Notes: generated by a model from the sequence alone, not told the origin. A stretch of DNA of 64,000 bases from an uncultured Bacteroidales bacterium (GCA_900315245.1 OMYJ01000002.1:57864-121863), one strand, 5' to 3'. Numbered from the stretch's first letter, positions 53,395 through 61,717 are shown. Numbers and translations are program-made.

Positions 53395-54659
53395 ATGATA
53401 TTAAATTCGAGAAAACCAACGGCGGTCTGGGCAGACAAACGGGATCTGAAGATGTGATCAGCGGTCTGATTTTCGCCGGTATGGGCTTCACGTTCGGCGA
53501 CGCCGATGTTAATCTGAAGGGCTTTGACACCGCAGCAGTTGACGATCAGAACAATGCCTCTGCCTTTGCCCGGAAGTTCATCTATCCTGAGCAGCTGAAG
53601 GATGCGGGCATCGTGTTTACCAAGCCAGGTGACGGTTCCGAAAGCAATGGAACCCTCTCGAACATCGAGATTGCCAAGAACGTGCTGTACTACCATATTA
53701 CGGAATTTTTCCGAATGAATCCTGAAGGCGTGCTGTATGTGATGATAAAGGCGAACAGCGCAACAGTTGAAGTCGATGACATTGCCACGCTGCAGACCTA
53801 CGCAGGCGGCAATATCCGTCAAGTTGGCGTGTTCAACAGCACATTGCTGCCCATTGAAAAAAGCACCACAGGTGTCACCGGCGTTCAGGAAGTATGCAAA
53901 AATCTGGAAAACGCGCACCGCCCGCTGAGCGTTGTGCTGACCTACAACGGTGATAATGTCACTTTGGATGACTTGACAGCCAACAACAATAACCCAGCCG
54001 CTGACGGGAATTGTAATGTGTCGCTGCTGATAGGATGCGATATGGACGCCGGGCTTGCAGAAGCTCTGGGTGACAACTACTCCAAGTATGGATGTATCGG
54101 CCTCTGTATCGGTGCCATCAGCAAGGCCAATGTGCATGAGAGCATTGCCTGGGTGGGCAAATTCCCATTGGGGCTTAAAGCCCCCGCCTTGTTCACCGGC
54201 AACCTGATCCGCAACATCGCCACCCACAAGCTGGAGGAGCTGAACGACAAAAGATACATCTTCCCCGTTATCCATGCTGGCGACGCGGACAACTACTTCA
54301 ACGACAGCCACACGCTGGATGTCGATTCTTCGGACTATGCCTACATTGAGAACGTGCGCACGATCGACAAGGCCTGTCGCGGCATCCGCGGCAAGCTGCT
54401 GCCGTGGCTGAACTCGCCCTTGCGTGTGGATCCGAGCAACGGTCAATTGGAGAGCGGCATGGTGTCGTTCCTGGAGACCACCGCCGGGGAAGCCCTGGAG
54501 GAGATGGAGAAGGCCGGCGAGATCAGCGGTTACAAAGTGGAGATCGACCCGGCGCAGAACGTGCTGGCCACCTCCGCCTTGGAGATTGTGATCAAGAAGG
54601 TTCCCGTGGGCGTGATGCGCAAAGTGACGGTGAAGATCGGCTACACGACTTCGCTGTAA
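53391..54659 (+). CDS. putative contractile tail sheath protein (DUF2586-like)
   Basis: 422 aa, immediately upstream of the tube-like gene, the frameshifted chaperone and the TMP. Confidence 0.55.
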   Translation: MNDIKFEKTNGGLGRQTGSEDVISGLIFAGMGFTFGDADVNLKGFDTAAVDDQNNASAFARKFIYPEQLKDAGIVFTKPGDGSESNGTLSNIEIAKNVLYYHITEFFRMNPEGVLYVMIKANSATVEVDDIATLQTYAGGNIRQVGVFNSTLLPIEKSTTGVTGVQEVCKNLENAHRPLSVVLTYNGDNVTLDDLTANNNNPAADGNCNVSLLIGCDMDAGLAEALGDNYSKYGCIGLCIGAISKANVHESIAWVGKFPLGLKAPALFTGNLIRNIATHKLEELNDKRYIFPVIHAGDADNYFNDSHTLDVDSSDYAYIENVRTIDKACRGIRGKLLPWLNSPLRVDPSNGQLESGMVSFLETTAGEALEEMEKAGEISGYKVEIDPAQNVLATSALEIVIKKVPVGVMRKVTVKIGYTTSL

Positions 54660-54683
54660 TCTATAACCTAAAATCCAAGAATT

Positions 54684-55118
54684 ATGAACGGACTCAGATA
54701 TAATTCGATGATCAACGGGGTGGTTCACTCCTGGAGCAGCGTGCAGGTGATTATGGGCGGTGTGCCGGTGACTGGCATCAACAAGATCGACTATGACAGC
54801 AAGCAGACCAAGGAGGCCATCTACGGCGCCGGACAGAACCCTGTGGGCAAAGGCTATGGCAAGATTGAGAACAGCTGCACCATCGGACTCCTCCGCGAAG
54901 AGGTGGAGGCCATGCGTGCCGCCTCCCCCACCGGAAGACTGGCCGACCTTGCCCCCTTCAACATCATTGTGCAGTACTTGCCTGTGAACGGCCAGAAAAA
55001 GGTCACGCACCGCATCCTTGGCGCGGAGTTCACCAACGACGGCGGCGAGCTGAACGAGGGTGACACCAGCGACTACAACGAGTATGAATTGCTCGTGAGC
55101 GACATCCGATACAATTAA
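54684..55118 (+). CDS. putative tail tube protein
   Basis: 144 aa. W..V.V.MGGVPV.GI..IDY.......IYGAG..PVG.G.G...... pattern, plus position. Confidence 0.55.
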   Translation: MNGLRYNSMINGVVHSWSSVQVIMGGVPVTGINKIDYDSKQTKEAIYGAGQNPVGKGYGKIENSCTIGLLREEVEAMRAASPTGRLADLAPFNIIVQYLPVNGQKKVTHRILGAEFTNDGGELNEGDTSDYNEYELLVSDIRYN

Positions 55119-55124
55119 CCCCAT

Positions 55125-55154
55125 TGCAGAGACGTGCCATGGCGCGTCTCTGCA
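55125..55154. repeat. 30-nt palindrome TGCAGAGACGTGCCATGGCGCGTCTCTGCA
   Basis: Differs from copy 52846 only by T->C at position 3 and the paired A->G at position 28 (a compensatory change). Confidence 0.9.
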
Positions 55155-55176
55155 TTAACCCTAAACCTAAACGATT

Positions 55177-55488
55177 ATGGAAAAAACCGAATTGAAAGGA
55201 CAGGCGACGGCGGCCGAGATTGCCGTGTGGAAACGCGAGCACGGAGATGTCTATCAGGTGACTGTGGGCGGATCCGCGTGCTACCTGAAAAAACCCGACC
55301 GCACCACGCTGAAGATGGTGGCGGCGGTGGGCGGCAGCGACCCGGTGCGGGCCAACGAGGTGCTGCTTGAGAACTGCTGGCTTGGCGGCGACGAGAGCGT
55401 GAAAACCGACGACGAGAAGTTCTTCGGGGTGAGCGCGAAGCTGGCCGAGCTGGTAACTGTCAAGGAGGCCGAGCTAAAAAAGCTCTAA
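55177..55488 (+). CDS. tail assembly chaperone (G-like, 0-frame product)
   Basis: 103 aa, in the position between tube and TMP. Ends just after the A_AAA_AAG slippery site. Confidence 0.7.
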   Translation: MEKTELKGQATAAEIAVWKREHGDVYQVTVGGSACYLKKPDRTTLKMVAAVGGSDPVRANEVLLENCWLGGDESVKTDDEKFFGVSAKLAELVTVKEAELKKL

Positions 55489-55658
55489 GGGCCGCCCGCG
55501 ACAGGGTGAAGCGCGACGGCCTTGCGATGATGGACTGGCAGCTGCGCTACCACTACCACATCGACCCGGACACGCTGACCGATACCCAATGGGCGGAGGC
55601 GGTGGCTGCGCTCAACAAAATAAGGAAAGAGGAAGCGGGAAAGACAGGACGCAGATGA
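55177..55658 (+). CDS. tail assembly chaperone -1 frameshift product (GT-like)
   Basis: Slippery A_AAA_AAG at 55476-55482. The -1 frame stays open for 58 codons (ALRAARDRVKRDGLAMMDWQLRYHYHIDPDTLTDTQWAEAVAALNKIRKEEAGKTGRR*), stop at 55656-55658. Confidence 0.65.
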
Positions 55659-55662
55659 GCGG

Positions 55663-55998
55663 TTATGCCCCGAAAATGGACTTCCAGAACATCTGTTCCC
55701 TTACCGCACGGATGTAGGCTTTCCGGGCTTTCCGGGCCTGGCGGCGGCTTACATAAACAGAGTGCCGCTGCCATGGGAGAGGAGATTCCCCAAATCCACG
55801 CCTGCAGGCTTTTTCAGCCGCTTTCAGGCGTTTCTTTTCAGCCCTCACCTCTGCCCTGTAGGCGTTCCACCGCTCGGCATACCGCTTCCATCGCTCCACC
55901 TGAGCCTCGCTGGCACGTGAACGGACAACAGCGGCCACGAAGCATCCGAAAGCGAACGCCAAAGCAACCAAAACCAATATGACTTCTGCGACATTCAT
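55663..55998 (-). CDS. opposite-strand moron: 111-aa single-TM, highly basic protein
   Basis: Start at MNVAEVILVLVALAFAFGCFVAAVV, then an Arg/Lys-rich tail. Two minus-strand -7 boxes at 56004-56011 and 56012-56019. Confidence 0.5.
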   Translation of the reverse strand: MNVAEVILVLVALAFAFGCFVAAVVRSRASEAQVERWKRYAERWNAYRAEVRAEKKRLKAAEKACRRGFGESPLPWQRHSVYVSRRQARKARKAYIRAVREQMFWKSIFGA

Positions 55999-56023
55999 CG
56001 CGGCAAAGATACAAAAATAAACA

Positions 56024-58018
56024 ATGGCAACCAACAACACGGTAAATTTCACCATCAATTTCAACGGCAACGCCTACAACGGTGTTGTGCAGTTGAGTAA
56101 TGCTGTGAACCAAGTGTTGAACCCAGCGGTCAAAGAGACTACATCACTCTTTGAAAAAGTTGGCAACGCCTGTTTTCTGTTGAACAGTATCTTTGATATG
56201 GTGGGCCGCACCGTCGGCTGGGTTGTGGGCAAGCTGTCGGAGTTTGAGCAGGCGGGCCGCGCCCAAGCGGAGGCGGAGACGAAACTGGCGCAGGTGATGC
56301 GAAACACCATGGGAGCCGCGTCGGACGAGCTGGACACGATACGAGAACTGGCTGCCGCCCAACAGAAGATTGGCGTGATCGGCGACGAAATCCAGATTGC
56401 CGGGGCGCAGGAGCTTGCCAGGAATGTGACGCAGTTCTCCACGCTGGAGAAACTCATCCCGGTGATGAACGACCTGACGGCGCAGCAGCAGGGCTACAAC
56501 GCCACACAGGAGGGTGCCGTGGGCAACGCCCGGATGCTGGGACGCGCCCTGCAGGGCAACATCATGCTGCTGGAACGAAGCGGCTACCAGTTCACCGAGG
56601 CGCAGAAGCGGGTGATGAAGACTGGCGACGAAGCGCAGAAGGCCGCCGTGCTGGCGGAGGTTCTCTCTCAAAAGGTGGGCGGTGTGAACGAGGCTTTGGC
56701 CAACACCCCGGAGGGGCGCGTGGTGCAGCTCAACAACGCCTACGGTGACCTACAGGAACGCCTTGGCGGGCTGTGGGCGAATCTCAAGGATTCCCTCTTC
56801 CCGGTGTTCGACGGTCTGATCCAACGCGCCGACGGCCTCATCGATGTGATCGAGGAGAAGATCGGGGCGGCGAAGGAATGGATTGCCGGGGCGGTGGCGT
56901 GGCTTTCCGACGTGTGGAACGGCATCAAGGAGCCGGTGATGAACACGGTGTCGAGCCTGTGGACCTCGCTGAGGACCATTGTGGGCAACATTGTGAACTC
57001 CATCGCAGGCATCGTGCGCAACAACATCACGCTGATACGCGGCATAGTGGGTGCCATCGGCTGGACGATACGCACTGTGGGCAACGTACTGGCATGGGTG
57101 TCGGGACTGGTGACGGGGTTTGTGAACTTCCTGAGCGGGGCGGCGCCGATAGTGCTGGGCTTCGCGGGGGCTTACGGAATCCTGACATTGGCCACCAAGG
57201 CGCAGGCCATCGAGCAGAGCATCTTGAACGGCGCAACCATGCTGGGCGTGGGCATCGGCAAACTGTTGGGCGGAACCATCGCGTTTGTGAACGCGGTGAT
57301 GGCCGCCAATCCGGTGTACTGGATCATTGCGGGGATTGTCGCCCTGGCGGGAGTGATCACATTCCTCGCCATCAAGGTGAAGGGCTGGGGCACGCTGTGG
57401 GAGGCGGTGGTAAACTTCGCCAAACACACGTTCACGGCGTTCACCTACCTTGTGCAGCAGAAGTGGAACGTGATGATCAACGGACTGATGATAGGCCTCG
57501 ACAAAATCAAGGAGGCCTGGTACAAGTTCCGCAAGGCGGTGGGCATCGGCGACGAAAGCGAGAACGACGCCGCTTTGGCGAAGATCGCACAAGATGTGAA
57601 AGCCCGGCAGGAGAAAATCGCCGCCGGGAGCAAACTGGTAAGGGATGAGCTGAAGGCCGCCCGCGACTCGTGGAAGGGTGTGGATCTGAAGTGGGACAAG
57701 AAAGTGACCGCCAAGGATGCCGTGGCCAAAATCAAGGCGGATCTGGGCATCACCGACCAGAGCGCGGTGACGAACATCGTGAACGACCAGAGCAGCGGCG
57801 ACACCGAATTGAACAACGAGCTGTCGGACGCCTCTACCAAGATTTCGAGCGGTGGAAAAAACATCAAGAACATCAACATCACCATCAACGACGGGCTGGT
57901 GCACGGGGTGCAGAACTACTTCAACGGCAGCGACGACAATCCGGAGAGCGCATCGGACTTCATGTGGCGTCTGGCCAACGCCCTGCAGCTCGTTGTAAAC
58001 GATGTGAACTATGATTAG
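56024..58018 (+). CDS. tail tape measure protein
   Basis: 664 aa. N-terminal helical region, central Gly/Ala/Ile-rich TM-like segments, and position after the chaperones. Confidence 0.85.
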   Translation: MATNNTVNFTINFNGNAYNGVVQLSNAVNQVLNPAVKETTSLFEKVGNACFLLNSIFDMVGRTVGWVVGKLSEFEQAGRAQAEAETKLAQVMRNTMGAASDELDTIRELAAAQQKIGVIGDEIQIAGAQELARNVTQFSTLEKLIPVMNDLTAQQQGYNATQEGAVGNARMLGRALQGNIMLLERSGYQFTEAQKRVMKTGDEAQKAAVLAEVLSQKVGGVNEALANTPEGRVVQLNNAYGDLQERLGGLWANLKDSLFPVFDGLIQRADGLIDVIEEKIGAAKEWIAGAVAWLSDVWNGIKEPVMNTVSSLWTSLRTIVGNIVNSIAGIVRNNITLIRGIVGAIGWTIRTVGNVLAWVSGLVTGFVNFLSGAAPIVLGFAGAYGILTLATKAQAIEQSILNGATMLGVGIGKLLGGTIAFVNAVMAANPVYWIIAGIVALAGVITFLAIKVKGWGTLWEAVVNFAKHTFTAFTYLVQQKWNVMINGLMIGLDKIKEAWYKFRKAVGIGDESENDAALAKIAQDVKARQEKIAAGSKLVRDELKAARDSWKGVDLKWDKKVTAKDAVAKIKADLGITDQSAVTNIVNDQSSGDTELNNELSDASTKISSGGKNIKNINITINDGLVHGVQNYFNGSDDNPESASDFMWRLANALQLVVNDVNYD

Positions 58019-58041
58019 TAATTAGTGATTTGTGAATTGAT

Positions 58042-58659
58042 ATGGGAGCGATAGTGATACACATACCTGGGAAGAGTGAGCGGCAGGCGCGTTTCGCGGC
58101 GGCCAACGCGCTGAGCGCGGCCGAGCAGGCAGGCAGGACGCAGGGCATGTCGTGGGCGCGATATGGCTGGTACCAGGCTGCCCTTGGCACCGACCCCATT
58201 GTGTTCGACTACTACACCGACCGGCTGCGCACCGACGGCTCCCAGTATGACAACAACCTGCTGCTGCGCACCGCCGACATGGGCACCGTGATCGAGATCA
58301 TTGACGCCCGCATTGACGTGACCCACGCCAACACCATCAAGAATACCGCTGTAACGGGTAGGGCAGGCACTGTAAAAGAGTTGATTCAAAAGAAAGACTA
58401 TGCCATATCCGTGAAAGGAAACCTTGTTGGGGAGCGCAACAAGTTTCCCTACGATGCGCTGCACAGGTTAGAGATTATCCTGAACGAAGAGAAGAGTTTT
58501 GAGGCCAAAAGCGTGTTGTTAGAGTCGTTTGGCATTGACTGGGTAGTGCTGAAAGAAGCAAAATTCAGCCAGCAAGAGCTGAAGTACTTCAACACCTTGC
58601 CTTTTACGCTGGAATTTGACAGCGACTTTACATACAACTTTTTAGTGGAGGAGGAATAA
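58042..58659 (+). CDS. tail/baseplate-proximal protein (hypothetical)
   Basis: 205-aa ORF directly after the TMP. Confidence 0.5.
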   Translation: MGAIVIHIPGKSERQARFAAANALSAAEQAGRTQGMSWARYGWYQAALGTDPIVFDYYTDRLRTDGSQYDNNLLLRTADMGTVIEIIDARIDVTHANTIKNTAVTGRAGTVKELIQKKDYAISVKGNLVGERNKFPYDALHRLEIILNEEKSFEAKSVLLESFGIDWVVLKEAKFSQQELKYFNTLPFTLEFDSDFTYNFLVEEE

Positions 58660-58669
58660 TGAAAGAATC

Positions 58670-59014
58670 TCACTTCATACCCGGCCAGTTGTTGACGAAG
58701 CGGACCTTCAGGTCTTCCCAATTGTCCACTATCTGTATGGTGAAGTCAGGCCAGTTGTCAACGAATTTCCATTTGCCGCACTCATCCGCCCAGTTGTCCA
58801 CTACCTTGACACTGATGTCCTGCCAATTTTCCACGACCTTGACTTTGAGATCCGCGCCGGACGATACGATTTTAACCCTGCCATATAGCTTGATGCCCTT
58901 GCAGGTGCAATCCTCAAAAGCGGTGTCTGACTTTACAAAAACGCTGTCAGGCTCGGCAGCGTAGAGAAGCGAGCCGAACAGAACGATTAAGAACGAGAAT
59001 ATCAAACGTTTCAT
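58670..59014 (-). CDS. opposite-strand moron: secreted 114-aa protein with five 11-aa V(V/E)(D/N)NWxD repeats
   Basis: Signal peptide MKRLIFSFLIVLFGSLLYA|AEPD. Repeats are VKVVENWQD / VKVVDNWAD / WKFVDNWPD / IQIVDNWED / VRFVNNWPG. Confidence 0.65.
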   Translation of the reverse strand: MKRLIFSFLIVLFGSLLYAAEPDSVFVKSDTAFEDCTCKGIKLYGRVKIVSSGADLKVKVVENWQDISVKVVDNWADECGKWKFVDNWPDFTIQIVDNWEDLKVRFVNNWPGMK

Positions 59015-59030
59015 AATATAGAGATTTACG

Positions 59031-60026
59031 ATGTTGACCTTGAAATGCCAGATAGAAATCCGCAGCAAAAGTACGAAAAAAACCGTACGGTTCGACTATG
59101 CGAACAGCATTGAGGTCAAGACATCGTGCAACAGCCTGACGGACACGGCGGTGCTGAAGCTGCCCCGCAAGATGAGCTGGCGGGGGAAACCGCTGACGGA
59201 CTATGTGCGCCGCAATGACGGCATCACCATCCGGGCGGGCTACGCGGAACACGGCCTTGAAACGCTGTTTCAGGGCTATGTGAAGGACGTTGAAAACGGG
59301 CGGCCGGTGGTGATCACCTGCGAGAACGAGATGCGCCGCCTGAAAGGGGTCACCGTGGAACCGGAGATCATCCCCAATTTCGACATCCGCGCCTTCATGC
59401 GCCGCTACGCCCCGGACATCCGGGTGGCCGGACCCGCCAGGATGGACTTCGGCACCGTGACCGTGGAGCGGCAGAGCCTGGCGCATTTCTTGGACGGGCT
59501 CACAAGCAAGTTCAAATGGTTCCGGGCGTTTTTCCGGGACGGCGTGTTTGTGGCCCTCTTCGACCCGGACGGGCTGGATGACGTGAAGGTCGTCTCCCTC
59601 GATCCCACACGGAACATTATCAGCGACTCGCTGAAATACACCCTTGCGGAGGACGTGAAGGTGTGCGTGAAGGCCACTTCCATTCAGGAAGACAACACCA
59701 AGATAGAGGTGACGGTACCGGTGGAAGCGGAGGCCAACCCGTCGGAGTATGAGCAGCGGCATTTCCTGCTTCCGGGCTACAGCAACGCCGCCTCGCTGAA
59801 AGAGGCTGCCGAAAAGACCCTTGCGGAATACAAGACCGACAAAATGGAAGGCACGCTGACCCTGTTCGGCATCCCCTTTGTGCGCAAAGGCGACGTGGTG
59901 CGGCTGACCGACAAAGACCGTCCGGAGCGCGACGGGAAACGGTTCCGCATTGATGCGGTGACATACAGCTTCGGTACCGGCGGCTACCGCCAGGAGGTGA
60001 CGTTAGGGAAAAGAGTTAGAATTTAG
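59031..60026 (+). CDS. baseplate hub / late control gpD-like protein (Mu gpP-like)
   Basis: 331 aa. L.LP........L...V...D.I.I..GY........F.GYV pattern, plus position. Confidence 0.55.
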   Translation: MLTLKCQIEIRSKSTKKTVRFDYANSIEVKTSCNSLTDTAVLKLPRKMSWRGKPLTDYVRRNDGITIRAGYAEHGLETLFQGYVKDVENGRPVVITCENEMRRLKGVTVEPEIIPNFDIRAFMRRYAPDIRVAGPARMDFGTVTVERQSLAHFLDGLTSKFKWFRAFFRDGVFVALFDPDGLDDVKVVSLDPTRNIISDSLKYTLAEDVKVCVKATSIQEDNTKIEVTVPVEAEANPSEYEQRHFLLPGYSNAASLKEAAEKTLAEYKTDKMEGTLTLFGIPFVRKGDVVRLTDKDRPERDGKRFRIDAVTYSFGTGGYRQEVTLGKRVRI

Positions 60027-60031
60027 CGGTT

Positions 60032-60529
60032 ATGGACGACATACATAAGATAAAGGATTGTTTGCGGGAATTGGCGGGAGGTGCGCCGATCGAGACGGAG
60101 GTGGCGAAGGTTCTCTCCGTGGACGGCGCGGTGTGCAAGGTTTCCCGTGTGCGCGACGGGATGGTGATCGACAGGGTTCGCCTGAACGCCATCAGCACGG
60201 CGGACAAAGGAATTGTGGTTACCCCCAAGACCGGAACGTATGTGCTGGTTTCCCGCCTCGGCGAGGTCAACTGGTTCGTGACCCTCTGCGGCGAGGTGGA
60301 GAAAATCTCCATCGACGCGGAGGCGGACATTGTGATCAACAGGGGCGGATATGGCGGTCTGATTAGAATTGAGGATTTGGTGGGAGCGATTAACCGATTG
60401 GTGGAGGTATTCAACAGCCATACACATACAGTGGTCGAGGCTGTCGCCAAGTCGCCAGAATTACAAATGCAACGATTAAATAGAAACGATATTGAAAACA
60501 CTCATATAAAACACGGAGACCCACAATGA
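60032..60529 (+). CDS. baseplate spike/assembly protein V-like
   Basis: 165 aa. The N-terminal OB-like segment VAKVLSVDGAVCKVSRVRDGMVIDRVRLNAI. Called by gene order. Confidence 0.5.
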   Translation: MDDIHKIKDCLRELAGGAPIETEVAKVLSVDGAVCKVSRVRDGMVIDRVRLNAISTADKGIVVTPKTGTYVLVSRLGEVNWFVTLCGEVEKISIDAEADIVINRGGYGGLIRIEDLVGAINRLVEVFNSHTHTVVEAVAKSPELQMQRLNRNDIENTHIKHGDPQ

Positions 60530-60810
60530 ACGGCATACTGACAGACGACAACGGAGACCTGATCATCACCAGCGGCCACGTGACGGTGGGCGACAACCGC
60601 GAGCAGTGCGCCCGGCATCTGATAACCGCCTGGACGGGCGAATACAAGCACGCCCCCATGCTGGGCGGCAATGTCAGGCGGATGATCGCCGGCGGCCACG
60701 ACCCTTTCTGGGCGGGCCGGATGAAGGAGCAGCTGAAACAGTGCCACATTTCGGTAGAACACTTGCGGGTGAAGGAAGGGAACGTTGAATTGATAATTGA
60801 TAATGGATAA
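60526..60810 (+). CDS. baseplate wedge W/gp25-like small protein (tentative)
   Basis: 94 aa with ATGA overlap. The C-terminal codons are supplied by the AATTGATA repeat. Confidence 0.4.
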   Translation: MNGILTDDNGDLIITSGHVTVGDNREQCARHLITAWTGEYKHAPMLGGNVRRMIAGGHDPFWAGRMKEQLKQCHISVEHLRVKEGNVELIIDNG

Positions 60811-60821
60811 TTGATAATTGA
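60787..60821. repeat. tandem word repeat (AATTGATA x4) spanning stop codon; same word as host locus 17731
   Basis: gaattgataattgataatggataattgataattgac. Confidence 0.85.
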
Positions 60822-60833
60822 CGGTGAAACGGT

Positions 60834-61715
60834 ATGGCAAGGAGTATTAGAGAAATAGCGGACGGCATGAAAGCCGATTTTGTGCGCAGCGAGGCGTTGC
60901 GGACAGCCTTCGGGCTGACGGCGGGTTACGACCCGGACGGCGACGCGGTGGCACAGGCGGCCTACTATGACCAAAACTTCAGCGCGGTGAGTGTGGAGAC
61001 CTGCATCCTGTATGTGGTGGCCGCGTGCGCCGCCTTGGTGGAAAACCTGTTCGACTGGTTCACGGCGGACGTGGACGAGAGAGTGAACGAGGACCGCTAC
61101 GGACGCAAGGGATGGTATGAGAAGACGGCCAAGGCGTTCCAGATGGGCTACCCGCTGAACGAAGAGACGGGCAAGTATGACACGGTGGTGGAGGAAAACA
61201 ACGAGGCGCTGATTGTGAAGCACGCCTCGGCGGAGGCTAACAACGGTTTCGGTGTGAAACTGAAGGTGGCCAAGGGGGAGACGGGAGCACTGTCGCCCTT
61301 GGACACGGACGAGCTGACCGCCTTCGAGACCTACATCAACCGGCTGAAGCCCGCTGGCGTGCCGGTGACGGTGGTGAACCGCAGTGCCGACCTGTTAGCC
61401 TTGGACATGGCGGTTTATTACGACCCGTTAGTGTTCACGGAAGCCTCCGCGATGCAGAAGGTGAAAGACACTGTGACGGCCTACCTTCAGGGCATTGAGT
61501 TCAACGGCGAGTTCACCGTGATGGCCATGGTTGACCGGCTGCAGTCCGTGACGGGCATCGACATTGTGGAAGTGAAGGGCGTGCGGGCAAAGCACGAGGG
61601 CTATGGCTATAAAGACGTGGAATACTACAACGGATATCCCTACGTGCCGGAATCAGGCTATCTGGTTCTTGGCGATGACATCGAGCAGGACATAAAACTG
61701 ATTGTTAGACAATAG
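60834..61715 (+). CDS. baseplate J-like protein (Mu gp47 / P2 gpJ-like)
   Basis: 293 aa. Called by position and a conserved ...L..F..YI...KPAGV.V.V pattern. Confidence 0.55.
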   Translation: MARSIREIADGMKADFVRSEALRTAFGLTAGYDPDGDAVAQAAYYDQNFSAVSVETCILYVVAACAALVENLFDWFTADVDERVNEDRYGRKGWYEKTAKAFQMGYPLNEETGKYDTVVEENNEALIVKHASAEANNGFGVKLKVAKGETGALSPLDTDELTAFETYINRLKPAGVPVTVVNRSADLLALDMAVYYDPLVFTEASAMQKVKDTVTAYLQGIEFNGEFTVMAMVDRLQSVTGIDIVEVKGVRAKHEGYGYKDVEYYNGYPYVPESGYLVLGDDIEQDIKLIVRQ

Positions 61716-61717
61716 AG

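Noticed and set aside
58659-58964. Plus-strand 101-aa ORF with repeated QLST motifs.
   Set aside because: It is the mirror image of the minus-strand repeat gene. It has no signal or start context, whereas the minus frame has a clean signal peptide and regular Trp-containing repeats.
963-60821. The tandem repeats as possible CRISPR arrays.
   Set aside because: The repeat units are only 7-16 nt and directly abutting, with no unique spacers and no cas genes. They are not CRISPR.
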